From contig CAVRUC010000005.1 in NCBI GenBank assembly GCA_963724295.1, positions 96,001 through 160,000 of the forward strand: 64,000 bases of DNA, in the 5' to 3' direction. Below, in pieces: positions 48,606-60,614 of the stretch (position 1 is its first letter; each line of letters begins with the position of its first letter). A program made the translations under genes and the position numbers. Source of the DNA: an uncultured Chloroflexia bacterium (GTDB lineage Bacteria > Chloroflexota > Chloroflexia > Thermomicrobiales > UBA6265). A model generated the notes under the pieces. The model was given only the letters and a program-made list of their open reading frames with translations, made no database searches and was not told where the DNA came from.

Positions 48606-49229
48606 TTGATCTGCTCCCGGAACCACCTCGCCCGCGCCTGGGCCTTCATCGTGCTCGCGGGAGTCGCCGTCAATCTCGTCGTCCTCATCGCCACGCCGGT
48701 TCTGCGTCCGGACCTCAATCTCCTCGAGAAGTCATTGAGCTATTACGCCGTTGGCCCCTGGGGAGTACTCCAGGCGGGCGCGTTCGCGACCCTGGGCATC
48801 TCGTCGATGGCGCTCGGTGCGGCACTCCGGTCCACCATCAAATCATGGTGGGTTTGGCCCATCGTCCTCTTGCTCACGCTTTCCGGCATTGCCAGTCTCG
48901 GGCTCGTCTGGTATCCGATCGATGCGCCGGGACCGACGACGATCCTGGGCGACGCCCACCAGACCGCGGGCACGACCGGCGGCGTTGCCCAGCTTGCGGC
49001 CGCCCTGGCCTTTACACTCGCGGCTCGTGCCGATTCGGCATGGCGCGAATTGTTCCGCCCCGCGCTCGCATTGTTCCTGCTCGCCCTGCTGGGAGCAATC
49101 CTCTCTCAGGTCTCGATCTGGTGGCCCCATCTGGGCATCCCCATGGGTGCCACGATGCGGCTGCTCGTCGTGCCATTGCTCGTTCTCTGGGCAATAGTGG
49201 CCCTGCGTCTGCGCCGGATGTGTGCCTAG
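48606..49229 (+). CDS. DUF998-like membrane protein
   Basis: LS.YA.GPWG motif, P.D motif, conserved H, several TM helices. Confidence 0.7.
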   Translation: MICSRNHLARAWAFIVLAGVAVNLVVLIATPVLRPDLNLLEKSLSYYAVGPWGVLQAGAFATLGISSMALGAALRSTIKSWWVWPIVLLLTLSGIASLGLVWYPIDAPGPTTILGDAHQTAGTTGGVAQLAAALAFTLAARADSAWRELFRPALALFLLALLGAILSQVSIWWPHLGIPMGATMRLLVVPLLVLWAIVALRLRRMCA

Positions 49230-49233
49230 GTCC

Positions 49234-51702
<2,469 letters not shown>

Positions 51703-51792
51703 CGGAACTCTCACTTTTCCTAGGCTTGCCGCCTGCGGCTCGTCTTCCGTAAAGAACAGTATCTGGCGTTTCCCAGAACCTCCGCAATAAAT

Positions 51793-52003
51793 CGGTGCCG
51801 AACGTTGCCGTTCCGGCCAGGAAGTCGGTAAGCGAGCGACGGCTCACCCATGGGAAGAAGTCTGAGAAACCACTGGTATCGCGGGAGGTGCCGAGACCTC
51901 ACGGATGAGAATTCAGCCTGAACGATTCAGACTGGCTCTCGAGCAGCTTGACGCCAGGGTTCATCAGGTCTGAGGTTCGGCCACTGGCCGAACGTTCGGG
52001 AAT
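51793..52003 (-). ncRNA. ssrS: Probable 6S RNA
   Basis: About 210 nt rod. Ends pair (CCGAACGTT/AACGTTCGG; CGGCCAG/CTGGCCG), then an unpaired bubble, then inner stem GAACCCTGGCGTC/GATACCAGTGGTTTC beside GGCACCTCC, similar to GGCACCCACC...GGTTC in Firmicutes-type 6S; 3' CGGCA motif; G-U wobbles in two hairpins favour the minus strand. Confidence 0.65.
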
Positions 52004-52106
52004 ACAGGGTGTATCGATAAGCTCCACGCAGCTGTGCTCGCCGTCGTCTGCGCTGGCACGTTGCACTTCATTGGGATGCCACAGTCGGCTCTCCCAGCCG
52101 CGCGGG

Positions 52107-52271
52107 ATGACGTACCAGACTGCTCCGCCCGTAAGCCGCGAGCAGTCCTACGGTGTCATCGTCATTGCTCGTGGCTACCTCGGAAAAGTTGCCGAGAACA
52201 AGCAGTTCGCCGGTCTGGATGATCCGGACATCGTCGACCTCGGCGAGATCCGCATGCAGTCGGCAACGTAG
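52107..52271 (+). pseudogene. Possible 3' remnant of a secreted-protein gene
   Basis: Coding-like codon usage for YQTAPPVSREQSYGVIVIARGY...DPDIVDLGEIRMQ, but no N-terminal portion or clear SD. Confidence 0.35.
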
Positions 52272-52298
52272 CGATAAACGGTCCGCTTCCATCTCCGG

Positions 52299-52342
52299 CC
52301 CCCTCTCCCTGCGCACAGGGAGAGGGGGTAGGGGGTGAGGGC
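52299..52342 (-). repeat. CCCTCACCCC..CCCTCTCCC-loop-GGGAGAGGG palindromic repeat (family B)
   Basis: Minus strand GCCCTCACCCCCTACCCCCTCTCCCTG-TGCG-CAGGGAGAGGGGG directly after the permease stop; 13 bp stem. Confidence 0.75.
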
Positions 52343-52347
52343 GAAAC

Positions 52348-53262
52348 CTACGCCTTGAGCGCGCCCTCCTGGAGACCCTTCATGAACCAGCGCTGTGCGA
52401 TGCCGAAGGTGATCAGCGCGGGCAGGATGGCGATGATGTAAAGCGCTGCGATCCGCGGCCAGAGGGACGCGCCGATGCCGCCGGAGGTGCTTACAATGAA
52501 GACCGGCAGGGTCCGCTGGCCGGCGTCGTTCATCAGCGTCAAGGCAAGCAGGTACTCTCCCCAGGCCGCCACGAAGTTGACGACGATGACAACCACGATG
52601 CCATTGCGAACAAGGGGCAGCATGATCCCGCCCAGAACTCGCAGCGAATTCGCTCCATCGAGTCGCGCCGAATCGACCAACTCCTTCGGTACCGTTTCGA
52701 AGACGCCTCGCATGATGAAAACCGAAATTGCCACCGATAATGCCGTGTACGGCAGCATGAGGCTCCACGTCTCGTTGATCAGCCCTAGCCGGTTCTGAAT
52801 GTTGTAGATCCCGAGCAGCGCCGTGACTCGCGTCGGAAAGAACAGCGACGCCACGAGCAAGCCGATGACGACGCCCCGCAACGGTGTTTTCAGGTGAACG
52901 AGCGCGTACCCGGCAAGCACCGCGGTGATGGTCGAGGCGATGACGGTCAGCCCGGTTACAAGCACGCTGTTCTTGAAGGCCACCACCGCGTCCTTCGACC
53001 TCTCGATGACAAAGGCGTAGTGGGAGTAAATCGGATCCACGAATTGATTCGGCCAGATGTATCGCTGCGTGCCATCCGGCAGCGACTTGACCGAGAGGAG
53101 GATGACCCACGCCAGCGGAAACAGCACCCACAAGCAGAGAATGATCAGGAACGCGTGGCGCGCAATCGCTCCCCACCGTATGCGTTTCCTGGGATGCCAG
53201 ACCCGAAATCTCTCCTGGCTTGTCGAGCCGATCCGACCGGCAGTCAACTCAGCCGAAGTCAT
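52348..53262 (-). CDS. Carbohydrate ABC transporter permease
   Basis: NS..VT, ELVDSARLDGA, WGEYLLAL and QRWFMKGL.EGALK motifs. Confidence 0.92.
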   Translation of the reverse strand: MTSAELTAGRIGSTSQERFRVWHPRKRIRWGAIARHAFLIILCLWVLFPLAWVILLSVKSLPDGTQRYIWPNQFVDPIYSHYAFVIERSKDAVVAFKNSVLVTGLTVIASTITAVLAGYALVHLKTPLRGVVIGLLVASLFFPTRVTALLGIYNIQNRLGLINETWSLMLPYTALSVAISVFIMRGVFETVPKELVDSARLDGANSLRVLGGIMLPLVRNGIVVVIVVNFVAAWGEYLLALTLMNDAGQRTLPVFIVSTSGGIGASLWPRIAALYIIAILPALITFGIAQRWFMKGLQEGALKA

Positions 53263-53313
53263 CGCCTGCCTCTCTCTTCGCCCAAAGCCCCCATTCGCTA
53301 GTTGCTCTGCCGC

Positions 53314-54283
53314 TCAGTCACGGGAGCGGAAGAGGTAGAACATGATGGCGACCACGATCAGCATGAAGAAGGCACCGACCCAGCCGATTGCGGCGGCATA
53401 GCCGCGGAACTGCATGCCGCCGCCGAACGCCGTATCGTACATGTAGACCGTCCAGGTGTAGGTCGAACGCGTCCTATCGAAGCCACCCATGATGAGGTAT
53501 TCCTCGATGACCGCCATTGCGCTGCCGAAGCGAATCACCGCCAGGACGAGAACGATCGGCAGCAGCCTCCAGAAGGTTACTCCCCAGAACATGCGCCACT
53601 CGCTCGCGCCGTCGACGCGGGCGGCGTCAAAGAGGTCGCGCGGGATCGTCGCCAGCCCGGCCAGAAAAAAGATCGTGTGATAGCCGAGCCCCCACCACCA
53701 CTCCATAAAGGCGATCGAGGGGAAGACCAACTGCGGGTTGCTGATCCACTGGGGCTGGTTCCGCAGGTTAAAGATCCCGAGGACATCGACGAGAACGTAG
53801 TTGATGGGACCGACGTAGAGGTTATACATCCAGAGCCAGAGGATGAAGATCAACGGCGCCGGGATCATCGCAGGAATGAGCAAGATCACACGATAGGCCG
53901 TCGAGAGCTTATTGCTCCTGACTCGGTCGAGGCAGACTGCCGCCGCCATCGGGATGAGGATCACCCCGGGCACGAAGATCAGGGTGAAGATGAAGGCGCG
54001 CTTGATTCCTTCCCAGAAGAGCGGGTCGTGCAGGACGTCACGATAGTTCTGCAGCCCAATCCAGTTCGGGGCTGTCTGATCGAGGAACTTGTCGTCGGTG
54101 AAACTGATCCGAAGCGCGTCATAGATCGGCAGAAGCTGCCAGCCGAGGAAGAAGATGATGGCGGGCAACAGGTAGGGATAGGTGCGCAGGAGGTTGAGCG
54201 CAGAGTTCCAGCGGCCCGTTCGGGCGGCTCTTGGCCGGCACGGCGCCCTGGACTGCATCTCCTGGCGCAACCGCCTGTGCCAC
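53314..54283 (-). CDS. Carbohydrate ABC transporter permease (apparent frameshift near 54220)
   Basis: YLLPA, WIGLQNY...L.DP.F, FLAGL..IP.DLFDAARVDGA and GYAAA motifs; probable GTG start at 54283 with AAGGGGG SD. Confidence 0.9.
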
Positions 54284-54321
54284 TAGGTCCCCCTTTCCCG
54301 CGGCGCCTGCTCGGCCTCGGT

Positions 54322-54390
54322 GTTCCCCTCTCCCTCACGGCCCACGGAGTTCGCAGCGAGCTCCGAAGGATAACCGAGGGAGAGGGGAAC
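54322..54390. terminator. Large stem-loop between the SBP and permease genes
   Basis: GTTCCCCTCTCCCTC...GAGGGAGAGGGGAAC, 15 bp perfect stem enclosing a second hairpin CGGAGTTCGC-A-GCGAGCTCCG. Confidence 0.7.
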
Positions 54391-54412
54391 GCTGAAAGGG
54401 CCCGCTTGAACG

Positions 54413-55809
54413 CTACTGCGCGTCGTTTCCGGTCTCCCGCTTGAACTCCGCGCGCACCGCGTTCATCGCGTTGGTCGCCGCGGTCTTGGCGTCAGTGACT
54501 TCCCCGGTGAGGTACTTGTGCCATTCCGGCCGCGCCACTGTCGAACTGCTTGACGCCGAGAATCGACGGTGCGATTGCGCTGGCGTCGGCAAGACTCTCG
54601 TAGATCTCCCAGGTCCACGGATTGGCCGTTATCCACTCGGGTGGATTCTCCTCCCACGCCGTCCATTCCGACTCCAAGACCGGCAGTTGACCCGACCGGC
54701 AGGATTCCCTCCTCTGGATCGCCGACGACGCTTTCCTGCCAGATCCGCTCGTCGGTCGAGAGGGCAGTGAAGAAGTCGACGGCCTGCTCCTTGTTCTTGC
54801 CATACTTGAAAAGGACAGCGCCGGTGTCCCAGAAGACCGTCCCGCCCGCGCCACCTTCGGGAGCCGGGAGCCGGGAAAGCATCAGCTTGGAGGGGTCGGG
54901 CCACTGCGAGGCGTACCGCAGCGGCGAGTTCTGATATTTGAAGGAATAGGCCGCCTGCTGCCCTGTGAAAGCGGCTTCGTCAACGAGGATCAAGGCTGAG
55001 GGTTCGCCCGGCGCGAGGACGTCCGGGATTGTCAGCTCCATCATCCGCCCCAGGATTTCGAGAGCCTGGATCGCCGGCTCGCTGTCGTACATGAACAGGC
55101 CATCCGGCGTGTAGACGTCGGTGCTGATCGAGTGCGTGACTGGAATCAACGACCGCCAGTCGCGGTTGTCGAAGACCAGCCCATAGGGCGCAACGCCGCT
55201 CTCCTGCACCGTGCGCGCGTTCTCGATGAACTCGTCCCACGTCTTCGGCGCGACCTCCGGATCGAGCCCGGCTTTTTCGACGAGATCCGCGTTGCGCGCT
55301 TGCACGCATGATGTCGAGCAGCAGCGGCCAGACGTAGAACTTGCCGTCCCAGGTTGATTCCGCCCTGACAGCCGGCACGAAGTCGTCAATCATGCCTTCC
55401 GGCAAGTACTCATCCCACGGCTCGATCGTGCCCGTGTTGACGAGCGCGATCATCTCGAGGAACGGCGTCACCCCGCCGTAGGAGTCCCAGGTGCTGTTCT
55501 CCTCGTTCGCCTCGGCGACGAAGCGATCGAAGCCGAAGTTCTCGGTCGGCGCGATCTCGACAGCGACCCCTTGCTCCTCGCCGATCGTGTTGATCATGGG
55601 ATGGTGCCGGGGCATCCAGTCAATAGAAGGTGCTGTTCGGCTTGCCCTCCTCGAGACGCCAGCGCGGCACGCATCGTCTCCTGCGCCAGCGCCGCCGCGA
55701 CCGGCGCGCTGACGCCGAGCGCCGCGGCGCGACGCAGTACGGTTCGGCGGTCCACTCGACCGGCGAGGGCGTCGTTGAACAGCGCGCGAGTGGCGAGCTC
55801 CTTTGACAC
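54413..55809 (-). CDS. Sugar ABC transporter substrate-binding protein, Tat signal (about five apparent frameshifts)
   Basis: GTG 55809 with AAGGAGG SD; DRRTVLRRAAALG Tat motif; GKFYVWP, AGLDP...PKTWDEF, NKEQAVDF; C-terminus ...AEFKRETGNDAQ ends at 54413. Confidence 0.85.
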
Positions 55810-55927
55810 GAGAGCCTCCTTCTTCGTTGGTCACGTGCGACGGACCGCACGTTCGCACCGCGGGCGAGTGGCCCCGCGGCAACACGTGTCGCCGAGGCCG
55901 ATTCGTTTCTTCCCGCAGAGTGGTGGG

Positions 55928-55968
55928 ATTGTAGGAACGGCCTGTCCGGAGTGTCAACGGGGTGTCAA
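55928..55968 (-). promoter_or_regulatory. Near-consensus sigma70 promoter with duplicated TTGACA
   Basis: Minus strand TTGACA-18 nt-TACAAT; a second TTGACA lies 11 bp upstream (GTGTCAAC direct repeat on the plus strand). Confidence 0.7.
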
Positions 55969-56083
55969 CCTATTGCGCCCCGACGCCATTCGAACTGTGA
56001 TACAAAGCACGACAGTTCAGGCGTCTTGACACCTGTCTAGGACCCGGCTCGTGGCGAGCAATTGCAAAGTCGAAAGGATGTCG

Positions 56084-56921
56084 ATGAACGCATTCCGAAG
56101 ATCGTTTGGTCGCTCACTTCGTCTCGCATCGGTGGCAGCGCTGGCGGCGCTAACGTTGCTGGCACCGGGTTTGGCAGCGCAGGATGACGAAGCCGAGGTC
56201 CACCCCGCTCACATCCACAGCGGGACCTGCGCCGAGCTGGGCGACGTGGTGGCTCCGCTGACTGACATCGCGCACATTGGTGAGGATGCGGAACGGACTG
56301 GCGCGACCTCCGCGATTCCAGTCAAGGGCAGTGTCACTGTCGTCGACATGCCGCTGCAGGAGATCATCGACGGCGGGCATGCCATCAATGTCCACCTCTC
56401 GGGCCGAGGAGATCGACACCTACATCGCCTGTGGCGATATCGGTGGCGTCGTCACGACCGACGAGGGAGAAGAGGAGAACGAGCTGATCATCGGGCTAGG
56501 CGAGCTGAACGATTCCGGGCACACCGGTATCGCCTGGCTCGGCGCCGAAGGTGATCAGACACGCGTAGCAGTTCACCTCGTCGAGCCCGCCGGCACGGCT
56601 GACGCCGGCGCCGAGGCGGCACAGGAGGCCACACCGGGCGCGGCGGACACTGGAACCGATGCCGCCGCGGAATCCATTGCCGTCGAGATCAAGGATTTCG
56701 CGTTCAATCCACCTGAAATCACCGTTCCGGCCGGCGGCAGCGTCACCTGGACGAATGGCGACGCGGCCCCCCACACCGCGACCGGGCTCGATCGCGAAGC
56801 CTTGCAGTCAGGCACCATCGCACCGGGGGAATCCTTCACGCAGACCTTCGACACGGCCGGGACCCTGGAGTACTTCTGCGAGTTCCACCCGAACATGAAG
56901 GGATCGATCGTCGTCGAGTAA
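56084..56921 (+). CDS. Secreted protein: HPAHIH (CHRD/SOD-like) domain plus C-terminal cupredoxin; apparent frameshift near 56402
   Basis: Signal peptide ending LAA-Q; HPAHIHSGTC...HAINVH...IACGDI; then F.F.P..ITV.AG.SVTWTN.D..PHT...YFCEFHPNMKG (type 1 Cu ligands H, C, H, M). Confidence 0.88.
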
Positions 56922-57073
56922 CGATGTCCACACGCGGCCGGCAAAGCCCTCAAGGGAGTTATTCCACGCCTTCAGGCGAACTTGCGGAATCTTGCCGGCC
57001 GCGCATCGCTCTCCTTCAGGTCGATCGAGGTGCAGCGCGGAGCTAAGAATCCGCCGCTGAATCGGGAAGATGA

Positions 57074-57119
57074 TCGTATGGCTGCGTTCTGTAGTCGTAT
57101 GGCTGCGTTCCGTATTCGT
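57074..57119. repeat. 21 bp tandem repeat (about 2.2 copies)
   Basis: TCGTATGGCTGCGTTCTGTAG / TCGTATGGCTGCGTTCCGTAT / TCGT. Confidence 0.8.
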
Positions 57120-57187
57120 TGCAGCCTTTGCATTCTTTACCGCCACCCACAATGGCCGTTGATCCAACAGCTAGTGCCAGACCTGGA

Positions 57188-58060
57188 ATGAGCGATCCTC
57201 ACGAGTTCAAATTCCTGCCTGGAATCGAGCCCCACGACCATGCCTGGGACGAGGCGAGCGGCGTTCCGCGCGGCCGCTGCTTCGCCTTCGCCGGTTCGGA
57301 GATGGTCGTCCTCGGCGCGGCGGACGCATCACCGCAAGTCCCGAGCTGGGACGACCTCCGCGCCTGGGACCTTGCCGCCATCCGCTTTCAGTACCTCGGC
57401 ACCCTTGCCGGCGAGCCATGCTGGTCGGCAGAGCTCGCATCGGAGGTGCGTCTGCCGGAAATGGCGGCGCTCAGCGGTCTGCGAGCGCTCTACGACACGC
57501 TACCCGAGTCCCATTACGCGCTCGCCGGGCGAGCGGCTCAGATCGTCGCCTGGGACCGCGATCATCAGCACTGCGGCCGCTGTGGAGAACCGACCGAGCG
57601 CGTCTCCGGGGAGCGCGGCCGGCGCTGCGCCAGCTGCGACCTTACGGCCTATCCACGCGTCTCACCGGCCATCATCGTCCTCATCGAGCGCGACAATCGG
57701 ATCCTGCTGGCGCGGGGTCGCGCGTTCGTGCCGCGCCGCTTCGGCATCATCGCCGGGTTTGTCGAGCCAGGAGAGTCGCTGGAAGATGCCGTCCGCCGCG
57801 AGGTGCGTGAGGAAGTCGGTATCGAGGTCGCTGACATCGACTACTTCGGCAGCCAGCCCTGGCCATTCCCGCACGGCATCATGATCGGTTTCCGAGCCAA
57901 TCACCTGAGTGGTGAGATCACCCTTGGCGACGGCGAACTGGCCGAGGCTGGCTGGTATGGGCGAGACGACTTGCCCGAAATCCCGGCCAAGCTCAGCATC
58001 GCCCGTCGCCTCATCGACGATTGGGCCGAGCGCCGGGGATTTGTCATCGACCAACCGTGA
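57188..58060 (+). CDS. nudC: NAD(+)/NADH diphosphatase NudC
   Basis: HCGRCG...C..C...YPR.SPA zinc ribbon; Nudix box AGFVEPGESLE.AV.REV.EEVG; SQPWPFP signature. Confidence 0.96.
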   Translation: MSDPHEFKFLPGIEPHDHAWDEASGVPRGRCFAFAGSEMVVLGAADASPQVPSWDDLRAWDLAAIRFQYLGTLAGEPCWSAELASEVRLPEMAALSGLRALYDTLPESHYALAGRAAQIVAWDRDHQHCGRCGEPTERVSGERGRRCASCDLTAYPRVSPAIIVLIERDNRILLARGRAFVPRRFGIIAGFVEPGESLEDAVRREVREEVGIEVADIDYFGSQPWPFPHGIMIGFRANHLSGEITLGDGELAEAGWYGRDDLPEIPAKLSIARRLIDDWAERRGFVIDQP

Positions 58061-58120
58061 ACGAGGGTGGCAGGGTGCAGAGACGGACTCCCTGCGACCC
58101 CACCCCTCACCCCTCGTTCA
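58058..58120. terminator. Stem-loop between convergent nudC and the Mo-hydroxylase gene
   Basis: TGAACGAGGG...CCCTCGTTCA outer stem that includes both stop codons. Confidence 0.55.
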
Positions 58121-60473
58121 GTCGGCCGCCGCCGCTCCCACGCTGGCGCCCTGGATCGCTCGCCAGACGCGTTCCGGCGTGAATGGGACATCGAGATGCG
58201 TGATGCCCCATGGCTCCAGCGCATCGATGACCGCGTTCGCCACCGCCGGCGTCGATCCGATGGTCGCCGCCTCACCAATCCCCTTCGCCCCGAGCGGGTT
58301 CAGGTAGGTCGGCGTCTCCGTATGATGCGTCTCCAACTGCGGAAAGTCGAAGGCGCGGGGGATCGCATAGTCATTCAGCGTGCCGGTGACGAGCTCACCG
58401 GAGGCGTCGTAGACGATCTCCTCCAGCAGCGCCTGGCCGACCCCTTGCGCCACACCGCCGTGGACCTGGCCCCGCACGAGAGTCGGGCTGATGATGACCC
58501 CGCAGTCGTCAACCGAGACGAACCTCACGAGCTTGACTTGCCCCGTCTCGGGAAAGACTTCGGCAACCGCGACGTGGGTGCCAAACGGGAAGGTTTCATC
58601 GTCGGGGCGGAAGTACTCGGTCGCCTCCAGCCCGGCGCCGAACTCGGCCGGCAAGCTCGTCGGAATACGCCTTCTCGGCGATTTCTTCCAAACTGAGGCC
58701 CCGGTCCGGGACCCCGCGCACCCGGAATGCCCCCTCGGCGATCTCGATGTCTTCGGCCGCCGCCTCGAGCAGATGCGCCGCTATCGCTTTGGCCCGGTCC
58801 CGCACTTTGTCCATCGCCATCACAACAGCGGCGCCGCCAACCGCGAGCCCGCGGCTACCCATGGTCCCGTTGCCCTGAGGCGTGTTCAGGGTGTCTCCAT
58901 GATTGACCCCGATCTTCTCCATCGGCACACCCAGGCCGTCCGCCACGATCTGGGCAAAGCTCGTCTCCTGCCCCTGACCGTGGGGCGAGATGCCCGTGTA
59001 GACCGTCACATCGCCGTTGGTCTCGACGCGTACGGTGGCACTCTCGAATGGCCCGAAGCCGCAGATCTCGACGTATGAGGCCAGGCCGATCCCCAGGTAG
59101 CGCCCATTTTTCCGGGCCGCTGCCTGCTCGGTCCGCAGCACCTCGTAACCCGACACCTCGATAGCGTAGTCGAGCGCCTTCGCGTAGTCGCCTGTGTCGT
59201 ATTTCTCGCCCGACGCGGTCGTGTAGCCACTCTCGAACGGCGCGATGAAATTGCGACGGCGCACCTCGACGGGATCCAGCCCCGCCGCATCAGCCAGCAG
59301 ATCGATGGCGCGTTCGACGTAGTAGGCGGCTTCGGGACGCCCCGCCCCGCGGTAGGCGCCGAGCGCCATCTTGTTGGTGTAGACGCTTCGCGAGCGGAAC
59401 TCGAGCGCGGGGATGTCGTAGCAGCCGCTCGACATGCGACCGGTCAGCTCCGCCAGGTCCGTTCCCCGCGGAAATCCACCGAGGTCCTGCACCACGTGCA
59501 TGCGCAGCCCGCGGATGCGGCCGTCGAGCTCGGCGGCGATCTCGACATCAGCCCATTGGTCCCGGCCATGGTTCGTGGCCAGGAAGTTTTCACTCCGGGT
59601 CTCGATCCACTTCAGCGGCCGTCGCATCTTGAACGCCAGCGCCGCCACGATGAAGTCTTCCTGATAGGCGCCGATCTTGACCCCGAAACCACCTCCGACC
59701 TCCGGAGCAACCGCCCGCACACGGGTCGCCGGCAGGCCGAGCGCTTCAGCGATGCTGTTGCGATTCCAATGCGGCGCCTGGGTCGATGTCCAGACGGTGA
59801 TGCCGTTGATCAGCGGGTCGGGTGTCGCCACGACCGCGCGCGGCTCCATCGGCACCCCTGACAGGCGCTGCGAGCGGATGCGCGCCTTGGCCACGACCGG
59901 GGCATCGGCAAACGCCGCGTTGATGTCCCCATGATCGCGATCCCAGACCGCTCCGATGTTGTTCTTGACGGTGGCGTAGATCTGGGGCGCGCCATCCTCC
60001 ATCGCCTGCTCGGGATCGGTGACGGCAGGCAGGACCTCGTAGTCGACCTCGACCGCCTCGGCGGCGTCCTCAGCCTGATAACGTGACTCGGCGATGACGG
60101 CGGCGACGGCTTCGCCGACCCACCGCACCGTGTCGCGTGCGATCGGCCAGACCGGAGGCGATTCCTCGGCCTCGTCTTCTCGCTGCTCGTAGTCCGCCTC
60201 TTCGCCGCTGCCGCCCTCGCCCGCGGCGCCGGAGAGCGGACCGCAGTACTGAGCCAGCTCCTCGCCGGTGACCACCGCGATCACGCCCGGCATCGCCTTT
60301 GCCGCGGACGCATCAATCGCGCCGATCCTGGCATGAGGGTGCGGGCTGCGCACCATGGCCACGTATGCCATGCCCGGAATGCTCAGGTCGTCGACGTACA
60401 TCGACGAGCCCGTGATCAGGCGAGGATCTTCCTTGCGTCGTACTTCTGCGCCGACTAACCGGCTCAGGACCAT
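58118..60473 (-). CDS. Xanthine dehydrogenase family molybdopterin-binding large subunit (form II CoxL-like); apparent frameshift near 58655
   Basis: RKEDPRLITG...YVDD, RSPH.HARI, VGGGFG.K, AYRGAGRPEA, PHGQG.ET, GSR, GQ.HGG.AQG.GQAL.E and GAKGIGE motifs. Confidence 0.92.
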
Positions 60474-60614
60474 GGGTACCCTTCTCCTCCGTCATCCCGT
60501 ACCAATCGCGGCACAGGCTCTCACTCTCGGTCAGACTACCGAGCATTCTACAGTTCAGGACGCAATTCCCGGACCTGCTCAACCGTTCCAGCGACGGTTC
60601 GTTCACGTGGAGGG

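Noticed and set aside
51940..51975. Hammerhead ribozyme suggested by CTGATGA on the minus strand
   Set aside because: No correctly placed stem II followed by GAAA, and no cleavage-site stem.
51720..52030. SAM-I riboswitch upstream of the metY operon
   Set aside because: CTCATCC and CGGCAAC fragments occur, but the ordered AUC-GAG, kink-turn, GCAACC and GGUGC elements are missing; the long rod fits 6S RNA better.
52068..52316. 82 aa minus-strand ORF
   Set aside because: It is the same-register antisense of the more coding-like plus-strand fragment and begins inside a palindromic repeat.
57074..57119. CRISPR array
   Set aside because: The repeats are directly adjacent with no spacers, there are only two copies, and no cas genes are in the window.
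58118..60473. Bona fide aerobic carbon monoxide dehydrogenase (form I CoxL)
   Set aside because: The active-site motif is AYRGAGR, not AYXCSFR, and accessory cox genes are absent.
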